A stretch of 45,716 nucleotides of DNA from Armatimonadota bacterium (GCA_034722055.1 JAYENL010000067.1:1-45716), one strand, 5' to 3'. Shown: positions 21,471 to 31,354, counted from the stretch's first letter. The notes: generated by a model from the letters alone, not told the origin. Translations and numbers: made by a program.

Positions 21471-23708
21471 ATGGGGACCGCCATCGAGACAGACTTAGAG
21501 CTATCAGAGAATGCCCTGACCGTCCTCGCCCGCCGCTACCTGAAGAAGGACATGGCGGGGAACGTCACCGAGCGGCCGGAGGGCATGCTCCGCCGCGTCG
21601 CCGAGAACATCGCCTCCGCTGACACCAACTACGGTGCCAGCGACGTGGAGGTGAAGGCCCTGGCGGACGAGTTCTACGGCATGATGGCCCGCCAGGAGTT
21701 CATGCCCAACTCCCCCACCCTCATGAACGCCGGGCGCAAGTTCCAGCAGCTCTCGGCCTGCTTTGTGCTGCCGGTGGAGGACTCCATGGAGAGCATCTTC
21801 GAGGCCGTCAAGAGCACCGCGCTGATCCACAAGAGCGGCGGCGGGACGGGGTTCGCGTTCTCCCGGCTGCGGCCAGCGGACGACATCGTCAGCTCCACCA
21901 GGGGCGTCTCCAGCGGGCCGGTCTCCTTCATGAAGGTCTTCGACTCCGCCACCGAGGCCATCAAGCAGGGCGGGGTGCGGCGCGGCGCCAATATGGCGGT
22001 GCTGCGCGTGGACCACCCCGACATCATGCAGTTCATCGAGGCCAAGTCCGACCAGACGCAGCTCACCAACTTCAACCTCTCCGTGGGCGCCACCGAGCAG
22101 TTCATGCAGGCGCTGCAGCGGGGCGAGGAGTTCGACCTGGTCAATCCCCGCACGGGCGAGGCCGTCGGCTCGCTCGACGCCGGCGACGTCTTCCACCGCA
22201 TGGCGGAGCTGGCCTGGGCCGGGGGTGATCCGGGCGTCGTATTCCTCGACCGCATCAACGAGCACAACCCCACGCCCCACGTGGGCGAGATCCAGGCCAC
22301 CAATCCCTGCGGCGAGCAGCCCCTGCTTCCCTACGAGTCCTGCAACCTGGCCTCGATCAACCTCGCGAAGATGGTGGAGGGCAGCGGCGAGTCCGCTCGC
22401 ATCAACTGGGACTACCTCCGCGAGACCGTTCACAGCGCGGTGCACTTCCTGGACAACGTCATCGACATGAACAAGCTGCCGCTGCCCCAGATCGCCGAGA
22501 ACACCCGCGCCAACCGCAAGATCGGCCTCGGCGTCATGGGCTTCGCCGACATGCTGATCCTGCTGGGCATCCCCTACAACAGTCAGCAGGCGGTGCACAC
22601 CGCCGAACAGGTCATGCAGTTCGTTACGCAGCAGGCCCGCCACAGGTCCCAGGAGCTCGCTGAGAGCCGGGGGCCCTTCCCCAACTGGGAGGGCTCGACG
22701 TGGGAGCAGGCCGGGATGGAGCCGATGCGCAATGCCACCGTCACCACCATCGCGCCCACCGGCACCATCAGCATCATCGCCGGCTGCTCCTCAGGAATCG
22801 AGCCGCTCTTCGCCATCGTCTACACCCGGCACGTGCTGGACGAGGACGAGCTGCTGGAGGTCCATCCCATCTTCGAGCGCATTGCACGCGAGCGCGACTT
22901 CTACTCCCCGGAGCTGATGAAGGAGATCGCCGCCCGGGGTACGCTGCACGGCATCGAGGAGGTCCCCCAGGACGTCCGCGAGCTGTTCGTCACCGCCCAC
23001 GACATCACGCCGGAGTGGCACATCCGCATCCAGGCCGCCTTCCAGGAGTTCACCGACAACGCCGTCTCCAAGACCGTCAACTTCCCCAACGAGGCCACGG
23101 TGGAGGACGTGGAGCACGTCTACCGACTCGCCTACGAGCTGGGCTGCAAGGGCGTCACCATCTACCGCGACGGCTCCCGCGAGGAGCAGGTGCTCACCAC
23201 CGGCAAGACTGAGAGGGTCCGAGAGCCGGAAACCGAGGTCTCGCCGCGCCCCAGGCCGCAGGTGGTAGAGGGCTCCACGCGCGCCATGCGCACCGGCTGC
23301 GGGAAGCTCTACGTCACCATCAACCGCGATGAGCAGGGGCCCTTCGAGCTCTTCGCGACCATGGGCAAGGCCGGCGGCTGCGCGGCCTCGCAGGCCGAGG
23401 CCATCGCCCGCCTCGTCTCGCTGGCCTTCCGGTGCGGGATTCCGACCGAGGAGATCATCAAGCAGCTCCACGGCATCAGTTGCCACATGCCGGCCTGGGA
23501 GCCGGGCGGGGGGCGCATTCTCTCCTGCGCCGACGCCGTGGCCAAGGCCATCGAGCGGGAGATTATGCCCGAGGGCGAGCAGCTCGCCATGGACTTCGAC
23601 GGCCAGACCTTCCGCCACGCTGGCGCCTGCCCCGAATGCGGGGGAAGGCTGGTGCAGGAGGGCGGCTGCAACGTCTGCCGCGACTGCGGCTACTCACAGT
23701 GTCAGTGA
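21471..23708 (+). CDS. nrdJ: Class II (adenosylcobalamin-dependent) ribonucleotide reductase with TSCPD-type domain and C-terminal Zn ribbon
   Basis: PNSPTLMNAG, LSACF, SGGGTG, RRGANM, TNPCGEQPL, ESCNL, TIAPTGTIS, AVSKTVN, KGVTIYRDGSR, TGCGKLYVT, ILSCADA, CPECG...EGGCNVCRDCGYSQC. No ATP cone, no beta subunit nearby. Confidence 0.93.
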   Translation: MGTAIETDLELSENALTVLARRYLKKDMAGNVTERPEGMLRRVAENIASADTNYGASDVEVKALADEFYGMMARQEFMPNSPTLMNAGRKFQQLSACFVLPVEDSMESIFEAVKSTALIHKSGGGTGFAFSRLRPADDIVSSTRGVSSGPVSFMKVFDSATEAIKQGGVRRGANMAVLRVDHPDIMQFIEAKSDQTQLTNFNLSVGATEQFMQALQRGEEFDLVNPRTGEAVGSLDAGDVFHRMAELAWAGGDPGVVFLDRINEHNPTPHVGEIQATNPCGEQPLLPYESCNLASINLAKMVEGSGESARINWDYLRETVHSAVHFLDNVIDMNKLPLPQIAENTRANRKIGLGVMGFADMLILLGIPYNSQQAVHTAEQVMQFVTQQARHRSQELAESRGPFPNWEGSTWEQAGMEPMRNATVTTIAPTGTISIIAGCSSGIEPLFAIVYTRHVLDEDELLEVHPIFERIARERDFYSPELMKEIAARGTLHGIEEVPQDVRELFVTAHDITPEWHIRIQAAFQEFTDNAVSKTVNFPNEATVEDVEHVYRLAYELGCKGVTIYRDGSREEQVLTTGKTERVREPETEVSPRPRPQVVEGSTRAMRTGCGKLYVTINRDEQGPFELFATMGKAGGCAASQAEAIARLVSLAFRCGIPTEEIIKQLHGISCHMPAWEPGGGRILSCADAVAKAIEREIMPEGEQLAMDFDGQTFRHAGACPECGGRLVQEGGCNVCRDCGYSQCQ

Positions 23709-23737
23709 GCGGGCAGCGTCAGGAAGGGGCGCAATCG

Positions 23738-24493
23738 ATGACCAACGTGCCCACCAACATCGGTCCCCAGTTCCAGGAGGCGACCAAGTACGCCCGAGGC
23801 AGGCCGGTGCCGCAGGTCGCCGCCTGGGCCGCCCCGCCGCCCACCTACAAGACCTACGAGGACTATCTCGAGCGCGTGGAGCTTCCCGACCCGCGCCTCG
23901 AGGGCGGCGAGGGCCTATGGGCCATCATCCGCGACCGCCGCTCCCGCCGCCGCTTCACCGGCCAGCCCCTCAGCCTCCAGGAGCTCTCCCAGCTTCTGTG
24001 GGCCACCCAGGGCGTCACCGGCCAGGTGCATGACGTGGAGCTGCGCGCGGCCGCCTCCGCGGGCGCCCTGTATCCCAACGAGACCTACGTGGTCGCCCAG
24101 GCGGTGCAGGAGCTGTCCGAGGGCGTGTACCACTACGATGTCCGCGGTCACGCCCTGGGGATGCTGGCGGAGGGTGACTACTCCGGCGATCTGGCCCAGG
24201 CCTGCCTGGGTCAGACCTGGATGCAGAGCGCCGGCGCCGTCTTCGTGTGGGGCGCAGTGGTCGCCCGCTGCGCATGGAAGTATCAGAACCGGGCCTACCG
24301 CTACGTCTACCTCGACGCCGGGCATCTCGGGGCACAGCTTCAGCTTGCCGCCGACGCCCTGCGCCTGGCAGCCTGCAACGTGGCGGCCTTCTTCGATGAC
24401 GAGGTGGCCGGGCTGGTGGGCATCGACAGCCGCAGCGAGGTGGCGGTGTACGTCACGGCTGTGGGCCGACCCTCGCCCAGTGAATCAACCTGA
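23738..24493 (+). CDS. SagB/ThcOx-like nitroreductase-fold dehydrogenase
   Basis: RRSRRRF, ELSQLLWATQG, RAAASAGALYP, GVYHY, KYQNRAYRYVYLDAGH, AAFFDDEV. ATG 23738 with AGGAAGG RBS. Confidence 0.9.
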   Translation: MTNVPTNIGPQFQEATKYARGRPVPQVAAWAAPPPTYKTYEDYLERVELPDPRLEGGEGLWAIIRDRRSRRRFTGQPLSLQELSQLLWATQGVTGQVHDVELRAAASAGALYPNETYVVAQAVQELSEGVYHYDVRGHALGMLAEGDYSGDLAQACLGQTWMQSAGAVFVWGAVVARCAWKYQNRAYRYVYLDAGHLGAQLQLAADALRLAACNVAAFFDDEVAGLVGIDSRSEVAVYVTAVGRPSPSEST

Positions 24494-26434
24494 CCGCAGG
24501 TCCAGCACCTCGTAGATCTCGATGGGCTCGGAGAAGCCCCGCACCTGCACCGGCCCCAGCGGCCGGGCCTGCACGGCCTCGGCCACCAGCTCGTAGGTGC
24601 TGCTGCTGATCAGCGTCGGCGCACCTACCTCCTTGGTCATGGCCTCCAGCCGCGCCGCCAGGTTCACGTGGGCCCCGATGGCGGTGTACTGCATGCGCTC
24701 GCGCGTGCCCACATACCCCACCACCGCCTCGCCGGTGCTGATGCCGATCCCGGCCGCCAGCTCCGGCATGCCGTGGAACTCCCACTCCGCCTGATTGTAC
24801 TCGATGCGCCGCTGCAGGTGCACCGCGGTTCGCAGCGCCAGCAGGGCGTGGTCGGGCTGGCTCACAGGTGCGTTCCAGAACGCCATCAGCCCGTCACCCA
24901 TGTACTTGTCGAGCGTGCCCTCGAACTCGAAGATAGTCTCGTGCACCAGCGCGAAGAAGCGGTTGAGCAGCTCCACGGTCTGCTCCGGCGGCATCTCCTC
25001 AGACTTGGCCGTGAAGCTGCGCAGGTCCGCGAACAGCACGGTGACCACCCGCCGCTGTCCCTGCAGAAGCATGGCCGGGTCCTCACCCACCGCCCGCTCC
25101 ATGATCCCCTCGGGCACGAAGCGTGAGAGGGCGTCCCGGACTCGCTCCTGCTCGCTCTCCTCCCCCATCAGCCGCACGGTCAGCGCCGCCAGCGTGCAGC
25201 CCAGCAGCACGACGTTCGGCGTCGCCACGTCGATGGCCAGCCCGGCGCCGCTGAACAGCGCCAGCGCCACCCAGTTGTAGCCCACCAGCAGCGCCAGCAC
25301 GAGGGCCACCGCCCAGGTGGGACGCAGACGCGACAGGCCCGCGTAGAGCACCGCGGCCAGCAACAGCACCGCGAGCAGGCAGCTCTCACCGGGCGCCTGA
25401 CGCAGGAATCGCCGCTCCAGAATGTTCGCCAGAGCGTTGGCCTGCGTCTCCACGCCGTTGTAGACGCTGTCGAAGGGGCTGGCCCGCAGATCATACAGCC
25501 CCGGCGCGGTCACCGCCACCAGGACGATGCGGTCTTCGAACCGCTCCCGCGCAGCCGCCGGATCGCTCCGCAGCAGCTCGGTCGCCGACACGTAGGGGAA
25601 GGTCCCCGAGCCGCCGGCGAAGTCCACCAGCATCCGCCCCATGGAATCAATGGGGATCCGGCGGCGGCCTCCCAGGTCCACCGCGTCGCCAGGCCTGATG
25701 ACCACCTGCTCGGGGCGCACCTGCAGCATGCTGGCGGCGACCGCCACCGGCAGGGACGGGAAGAGCATCTCGTCGCGCCTGACGACCGGCAGGATGTGGC
25801 GATAGACGCCGTCACCGGAGTCCACCACGTTGACGAACCCCACCCCCGCAGCCGCCTCGATGAGGCCCGGCAGCGGGGAGGTGACCTCGCCGACCTCGAA
25901 CAGCTCCGCAGCGGCGTTGAGCCCCGAGCCCTCCACGACCCGGGCGGATGACCAGCTCTGCCGCGCGAGTGCCCTCACCGGCCCCCCCGACGTATCCTGG
26001 CCGAGCGCGTGACCGAAGGCCGCGTGATACACCATCCCCCCCTCTCGGGTGGCCTCCACCAGCTCCCCGTCCGATCCCCTCTGGGCGTCGGAGACTACGC
26101 TGCCCTCTCCAGCCTCGGGTTCGGCGAAGAAGATGTCGAAGGCGATCGCGCGCGCGCCCGCCCGGTCGAGGCGGCGGATGACCTCGGCGAAGCGGCTGCG
26201 CGGCCACGGCCAGCGGTCCACCTCCCGGAGGCTCTCCTCGTCCACCTCCAGGATGACGATGCGGGGATCGGCGGCTCGAGGCCCGCGGCGGAGGAAGCGC
26301 CAGTCGATGGTGCGCAGCTCCAGCCGGTCGAGGACGGTCAGCGCCGGCGAGAAGCGCAACATCAGCGCCACCACCACCACGGCGGCGATCAGCCACGCCA
26401 GTCGTCTGCGGACAACGGCCTCCGAGGTGCTCAT
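24485..26434 (-). CDS. CHASE2-domain membrane class III adenylate cyclase
   Basis: CHASE2 motifs WPWPRS, AFDIFF, DGVYR, GVETQAN, followed by 3 TMs. Cyclase motifs LFADLRSFT, DKYMGDG, YTAIGAHVNLAARLE (Lys/Thr specificity pair of ATP-using enzymes). Confidence 0.92.
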   Translation of the reverse strand: MSTSEAVVRRRLAWLIAAVVVVALMLRFSPALTVLDRLELRTIDWRFLRRGPRAADPRIVILEVDEESLREVDRWPWPRSRFAEVIRRLDRAGARAIAFDIFFAEPEAGEGSVVSDAQRGSDGELVEATREGGMVYHAAFGHALGQDTSGGPVRALARQSWSSARVVEGSGLNAAAELFEVGEVTSPLPGLIEAAAGVGFVNVVDSGDGVYRHILPVVRRDEMLFPSLPVAVAASMLQVRPEQVVIRPGDAVDLGGRRRIPIDSMGRMLVDFAGGSGTFPYVSATELLRSDPAAARERFEDRIVLVAVTAPGLYDLRASPFDSVYNGVETQANALANILERRFLRQAPGESCLLAVLLLAAVLYAGLSRLRPTWAVALVLALLVGYNWVALALFSGAGLAIDVATPNVVLLGCTLAALTVRLMGEESEQERVRDALSRFVPEGIMERAVGEDPAMLLQGQRRVVTVLFADLRSFTAKSEEMPPEQTVELLNRFFALVHETIFEFEGTLDKYMGDGLMAFWNAPVSQPDHALLALRTAVHLQRRIEYNQAEWEFHGMPELAAGIGISTGEAVVGYVGTRERMQYTAIGAHVNLAARLEAMTKEVGAPTLISSSTYELVAEAVQARPLGPVQVRGFSEPIEIYEVLDLRSG

Positions 26435-26581
26435 GGCGCTCGTCCAAGAGACTGCATTTACGGCCTGTGCGCCCTGTCAGCGGAGTTTACCGGCGCCGTG
26501 GCGCGGGTATCACCAAGGCGGGAGCGCGAGCGCTCCTGTGTTCATCTGTAGAGCATCGGCAGTATAAACGGGGAAGGCGAC

Positions 26582-27466
26582 ATGCGCAAATCCGTGCTGC
26601 TGCTCATCGGGGTCCTGATAGTATTCATCTTCCTGGGTATCCTGATGATGCAATCGCTGGTCGTCGTGCAGCGCATCGCGTCGGTCAGCGACGTGGTCGG
26701 CGATGTCTACGTGCAAGCTCGCGGCGAGTCTGACTTCCGGGCGCTGGGAGCCACCGAGCATGTGCTGGCCGGCTCCACCGTCAAGACCACGGCTGACAGC
26801 GCGGTCACCCTCAATTGGGTGGACGGCTCGCGCATCCGACTGGGCCCTGAGACCTCCATCAATGTTCGTAAGTGCTCTCTGAATACAAGCACGAAGGAAA
26901 CAACCTCGCTGTTCGACCTCGACGCCGGTCGCGTCTGGGTGCGCGTGCTCACCATGCTTCGCGGCAAGAGCAAGTTCGAGATCCGCACTCCCACGGCCAC
27001 CGCGGGCGTGCGGGGCACGGTCTTCTACGTGGAGGTAGCTGACGCGGGCGAGACCACGGTGGCAGTCTATGAGGGCGCGGTGTCCGTGGAGGCGGAGGAG
27101 GTCGCCACGACGGTGCGGCCCCAGCAGCAGGCGATAGCCGCTGAGGGCTCCGCCCCTACTGTGATGCCCGCCGTCGGCGATCTCGCCTGGGAGCAGCATC
27201 AGGGCATCATCGGCCCCCGACTGGACCTCGACATCGGCCCCGAGGTGACCGTCGCTGCCGACCAGAGCACACTCACCGTCTCCGGGGTCGCCGAGCCTGG
27301 GGCGAAGGTTACCATCAATGGCAGTCCCGTGGAGCTCGACCCCATGAACCGCTTCGCCGCCGAGGTGCCCATTGGAGCCGCTCCAGATGGAATGCTGGTC
27401 GTCAGCGCCACCGATGTGCGAGGGCACGCAACGGTGCGCGCCATCGCTGTGACGCGGGGGGCATAG
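26582..27466 (+). CDS. Membrane-anchored FecR-domain protein with C-terminal Ig-like domain
   Basis: N-terminal TM; DGSRIRLGPET, LDAGRVW, FEIRTPTATAGVRGT, VAVYEGAVSV; Ig-like VSGVAEPGAKVTING. Confidence 0.85.
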   Translation: MRKSVLLLIGVLIVFIFLGILMMQSLVVVQRIASVSDVVGDVYVQARGESDFRALGATEHVLAGSTVKTTADSAVTLNWVDGSRIRLGPETSINVRKCSLNTSTKETTSLFDLDAGRVWVRVLTMLRGKSKFEIRTPTATAGVRGTVFYVEVADAGETTVAVYEGAVSVEAEEVATTVRPQQQAIAAEGSAPTVMPAVGDLAWEQHQGIIGPRLDLDIGPEVTVAADQSTLTVSGVAEPGAKVTINGSPVELDPMNRFAAEVPIGAAPDGMLVVSATDVRGHATVRAIAVTRGA

Positions 27467-27488
27467 CCTCTCACCTACCGCACGCACA

Positions 27489-27514
27489 GACGCCCGGGCC
27501 CCGGCCCGGGCGTC
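27489..27514. terminator. Hairpin between convergent genes
   Basis: GACGCCCGGGC-CCCG-GCCCGGGCGTC. Confidence 0.6.
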
Positions 27515-27541
27515 CCGCGTTCTGCTGGGATGGGAGCCACG

Positions 27542-28645
27542 TCAGATGATCTTGCGCCGCAGCACCGCCCACTCCACGGCCTTCAGCACGTAGGACATGG
27601 CCAGCAGGCCCAGGATGACGTAGAAGAACACCCACACCGCAGGGCTGTCGAGGCGGTGGATCCAGCGCTCCACAGGAACCTGGGTGCCGAAGGCGAAGCG
27701 CTCCGCGAGTGCAGCCGTGAAGGAGATGAAGCCCGCGTAGAGCCTGCGGACGACAGGGTAGGCGAACCCCAGACCGACGATGGCCGCCACGATGATCAGA
27801 GGGTTGAGGAGGCGGAACTTCTGCCGCTGGTGCTCATTGAAGATGGGGCAATTGCGGCATTCCCGGGTCCGCTCTCTGCCCGCCACCCGGTCCCCGGTGA
27901 GGTCCGAGCGCGTGTACTCGGAGGTCTGCTCGGCCAACAGGTCCGTTCCGGCGCCCTTGCGCAGCAGGGACTCGATCAGGTAGGGGTCGCAGTTGCAGCC
28001 CTGCCCCAGGCGCCAGCAGTCCGTGCGGCTCGTGTACGCCGGGCACGTCTCCCTGATGGCCCCGTGGCAGTAAGGCATCTCCCAGCAGTGAGAAAGGCGC
28101 CACCAGGGAGTGTAGTAGCTCTTCTTGGGCTCCTCCTCAAACCCCTGCTCCCGGGCGATGGCGGCGCGGCGAGCCGGTGCCTCCCTGACCCAGTTGACGA
28201 TCTCCCACGCCACCCGCAGGCCCACGACGATGAGCATGAACTCGCCGGCGCTGCTCGTCCAGTAGGTGATGATGTCGCCAGCGCGCTGGGCGCCGCCCCG
28301 CACCTGCCCCGCCACCAGCAGCGGGAAGCCGAACATCAGCACCAGGCCCACGATTCCGGCGGTGACCGCCACTGCGATCTCCTCATGGGTGACGATCACC
28401 AGACAGACCGTGCCCAGTCCGGCGGCGGCGGCCATCACCTGGCCCATCAGTTGCAGGTTTCCCAGGATCCGTGCCTCAACCTGCCCCGACAGGTGGCCAC
28501 CGAAGATGCCGTAGAGGATATAGGCAAGGCTCACCAGGAACGCCAGAATCGATATCTTCAGGCCCGTCACTGACCACGCGACGAGCTTCTCCATGAGGTC
28601 GATGCTGAGGGTGGACGCACCGCCCCTGCCTCTGCCCTGTCGCAC
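27542..28645 (-). CDS. Hypothetical polytopic membrane protein with Cys-rich (two-CW-like) soluble domain
   Basis: 367 aa, GGAGG RBS. About 4 N-terminal and 2 C-terminal TMs around CWEMPYC...CPAY...CWRLGQGCNCD...CRNCPIFNEH. Confidence 0.75.
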   Translation of the reverse strand: MRQGRGRGGASTLSIDLMEKLVAWSVTGLKISILAFLVSLAYILYGIFGGHLSGQVEARILGNLQLMGQVMAAAAGLGTVCLVIVTHEEIAVAVTAGIVGLVLMFGFPLLVAGQVRGGAQRAGDIITYWTSSAGEFMLIVVGLRVAWEIVNWVREAPARRAAIAREQGFEEEPKKSYYTPWWRLSHCWEMPYCHGAIRETCPAYTSRTDCWRLGQGCNCDPYLIESLLRKGAGTDLLAEQTSEYTRSDLTGDRVAGRERTRECRNCPIFNEHQRQKFRLLNPLIIVAAIVGLGFAYPVVRRLYAGFISFTAALAERFAFGTQVPVERWIHRLDSPAVWVFFYVILGLLAMSYVLKAVEWAVLRRKII

Positions 28646-28697
28646 GTCTCCCCCTCCAATCGTCCAGCCGTAGCGATGTTGCTATCGCCGCCGAGCA

Positions 28698-29918
28698 TCA
28701 GCCGCCATCGGCCAGCTCCGCCGCCTGGCGGTACTCTTCAGGTATCGCGTAGTCGTCAAGGAACTCCAGCAGATCGGTCTTCTGGTTTGCGCGATTGTAG
28801 GCCTCCTCGAACTCGATCTCGCCCCCCTTGACCAGTCGCGCCAGGTGGCTCTCCAGCAATTGCATCCCCAGATGCCTGCTGCTCTGGATGGTGGACCGCA
28901 TCTGAGAGGTCTTGCGCTCTCTGATGAGGTTGCCGATAGCGGCCGAGCCGCCTGGCTCACCCACCATGATCTCGTAGGCCGCGATGCGACCCCTGCCATC
29001 CTTGAGGGGGATCAGCTCCTCCGAGAACACCGCCATCAGCGAGGTGGAGGTCATGGCGCGGATCTCCTCCTGCTCGGCGGTGGGGAAGGCCGTCACCAGT
29101 CGGTCCACCGTTTTCGGCGCGCTCACCGTGTGAAGCGTGGAGAGCACCAGGTGACCGGTCTCCGCGGCCTGCAGGCACGCCCGCATGGTCTCGAGGTCGC
29201 GCATCTCCCCAACCAGCATGACGTCCGGGTCAGAGCGCATGTTCCGTGTGACGGACTCGGCGAAGCTGGAGACGTCCACACCGACCTCGCGCTGGTTCAG
29301 GATGGACCGCTTGCCCTCATGGAAGTACTCAATGGGGTCCTCGATGGTGATGATGTGGGTGTCGCGGTTGCGATTGATGTAGTCGATCATGGTCGCGATG
29401 GTGGTTGTCTTCCCGCAGCCCGTGGGGCCCGTCAGCAGGATGATGCCGCGGGGCTTGTGCAGCATCTCCTTCACCGACTCCACCGGGAGGCCGAGCTGCT
29501 CGAAGGTCAGGATCTCGTCGGGAATGAGCCGCAGCGCGATGGCCGGATGGCCCTTCTGCTGGAAGACGCTGACCCGGAACCGAGCGCCACGCTCCTCCAG
29601 GGCCGCGGCGATGTCCGCCCCGCCGCTCTCGTGGAATCTCTGCCAGTAGCGATTCGTGGGCTCATCCTCGCCCAGCAGGGCCAGAGTGGCCCCCAATGTA
29701 TCCTCGCCGTCCAGGTCCTTGTAGCCCTCCACGCGGTAGAGCCGTCCGTGCAGCCGGAAGATGGGCGGCTCCCCCACGGTGAGGTGCAGGTCGGAGGCAT
29801 CGAGCTGGGCGCACGCCTCCATCAGCATCTCCACAACCTCGCCATCCATGGTCCTCCCGGCAGTCGCCGTCAGCTCCGCCGGGGCCTTCATGGTTCGTCG
29901 AACATAGTCTTCGCTCAT
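28698..29918 (-). CDS. pilT: Type IV pilus retraction ATPase PilT
   Basis: ASDLHL, GPTGCGKTTT, TIEDPIEY, QREVG, DPDVMLVGEMRD, AAETGHLVLSTLHT, AIGNLIRE. ATG 29918 with GAGGGG RBS. Confidence 0.9.
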   Translation of the reverse strand: MSEDYVRRTMKAPAELTATAGRTMDGEVVEMLMEACAQLDASDLHLTVGEPPIFRLHGRLYRVEGYKDLDGEDTLGATLALLGEDEPTNRYWQRFHESGGADIAAALEERGARFRVSVFQQKGHPAIALRLIPDEILTFEQLGLPVESVKEMLHKPRGIILLTGPTGCGKTTTIATMIDYINRNRDTHIITIEDPIEYFHEGKRSILNQREVGVDVSSFAESVTRNMRSDPDVMLVGEMRDLETMRACLQAAETGHLVLSTLHTVSAPKTVDRLVTAFPTAEQEEIRAMTSTSLMAVFSEELIPLKDGRGRIAAYEIMVGEPGGSAAIGNLIRERKTSQMRSTIQSSRHLGMQLLESHLARLVKGGEIEFEEAYNRANQKTDLLEFLDDYAIPEEYRQAAELADGG

Positions 29919-30016
29919 TTGTGATCCCCTCGCCAGCGTGTGATAGCACGACCATCTCTTATGCGTGCGCGGCAACGTCCGAGCAAGGCCGGACGAGTTC
30001 AGCCGGTCCGTCGCTC

Positions 30017-31255
30017 TCAGCGTCTGGAGCTGCGGCGACTGCCGCGCCCCCGCCCCTGGCGCTCGCCCTCAGACTGCGTTCCGGCGCGGCCGGTCACCCC
30101 GGCGGCGGCCTCCTCGGCCTCCGGAGTGTCCCCACGGGCGCCACCCATGCCGGGCTGCTGCCGTGCGGCCTCCTCCGCCTCCGCGGGGTCCACGCGCCGC
30201 AGCATCTGCCGCATCTCCGTGTAGTTGCCGGCGTAGAACAGCGCGTCGCGCGCCGTGATCTTGCCGTCACGGTACAGCTTCAGCAGCGCCTGGTTCCGGG
30301 TCTGCATGCCCCAGTAGGCGCCGTCCTGCATTGCCGCGTAGGTGTCGCCGGTATGACCGTCCTCAATGAGCTTGGCCACGGTCGGATTGGCCACAAGCAC
30401 CTCCACTGCCGCCACCCGGCCCTCCGTGGCGGCTCGCGGGACCAACGCCTGGGACAGGATGGCCCGCAGGGACTTGCTCATCCGCAGGCAGATCATGTCC
30501 CGCTGGTGCGGCGGGAACATGTTGATGATCCGCTCCATCGTCTCCGAGGCGCTGGAGGTGTGGACCGTGGAGAAGACCAGGTGGCCGGTCTCCGCCGCCT
30601 GCATGGCCACGTTCATGGTCTCCACGTCCCGCATCTCACCGATGAGGATGACATCCGGGCTCTGGCGGACCACGTACTTCATGGCGTCCGAGAAGCTCAT
30701 GGTGTCAACGCCCACCTCGCGCTGGTTGACGATGCACTGCTTGTCCTGGTGCACGTACTCGATGGGATCCTCGATGGTCACGATGTTGGCCTGCCGGTTC
30801 TCATTGATGTGGTCGATCATGGCCGCCAGGGTGGTGGACTTGCCGCACCCCGTGGGCCCGGTGACCAGCACCACGCCCTCGGGGCTCATGGCGATGTCGT
30901 TGAGGACCAGGGGCAGCTCCAGCTCCTCCACGGTAGCTATCTCCACTGGGATGATGCGCATAGCCAGGCCGACGTAGTTCTGCTGTCTGAAGATGTTGAT
31001 GCGCAGCCGGCAGGTGTCCTCCAGGGTCATGCCGATATCTCGCTCGGGGAACTCCTCGAACAGCTCCTGCTGGCGCTCGGTCATCAGCTCATTGGCGATG
31101 GCCTCAGTCGTCTCCGGCTCGACCACCGGGTAATGGTCCCACTTACGGACCTTCCCCTGCAGGCGGATGTGGGGGTGCGCGCCGGCCTTCCAGAAAACGT
31201 CGGAGGCCTCGATCTCGGCGGCCTCGAGGACGATCTTTCTCCAATCGTACACCAC
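30017..31255 (-). CDS. PilT/PilU family type IV pilus ATPase (second paralogue)
   Basis: GPTGCGKSTT, TIEDPIEY, QREVG, RQSPDVILIGEMRD, AAETGHLVFSTVHT, GMQT. GTG 31255 after GAGGAGG. Confidence 0.9.
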   Translation of the reverse strand: MVYDWRKIVLEAAEIEASDVFWKAGAHPHIRLQGKVRKWDHYPVVEPETTEAIANELMTERQQELFEEFPERDIGMTLEDTCRLRINIFRQQNYVGLAMRIIPVEIATVEELELPLVLNDIAMSPEGVVLVTGPTGCGKSTTLAAMIDHINENRQANIVTIEDPIEYVHQDKQCIVNQREVGVDTMSFSDAMKYVVRQSPDVILIGEMRDVETMNVAMQAAETGHLVFSTVHTSSASETMERIINMFPPHQRDMICLRMSKSLRAILSQALVPRAATEGRVAAVEVLVANPTVAKLIEDGHTGDTYAAMQDGAYWGMQTRNQALLKLYRDGKITARDALFYAGNYTEMRQMLRRVDPAEAEEAARQQPGMGGARGDTPEAEEAAAGVTGRAGTQSEGERQGRGRGSRRSSRR

Positions 31256-31354
31256 CTGCTGCCTCCTCAGCCCATCTCGCAACAAAGTGGGCGACCAGTG
31301 ATGGCTCACCTAAGATTTCCGCGTGCGGCGGAGTATGTCCTTCGTAAGCGAAGA

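Noticed and set aside
23738..24493. Thiazole/oxazole RiPP cluster
   Set aside because: No YcaO, E1-like protein, precursor peptide or exporter nearby.
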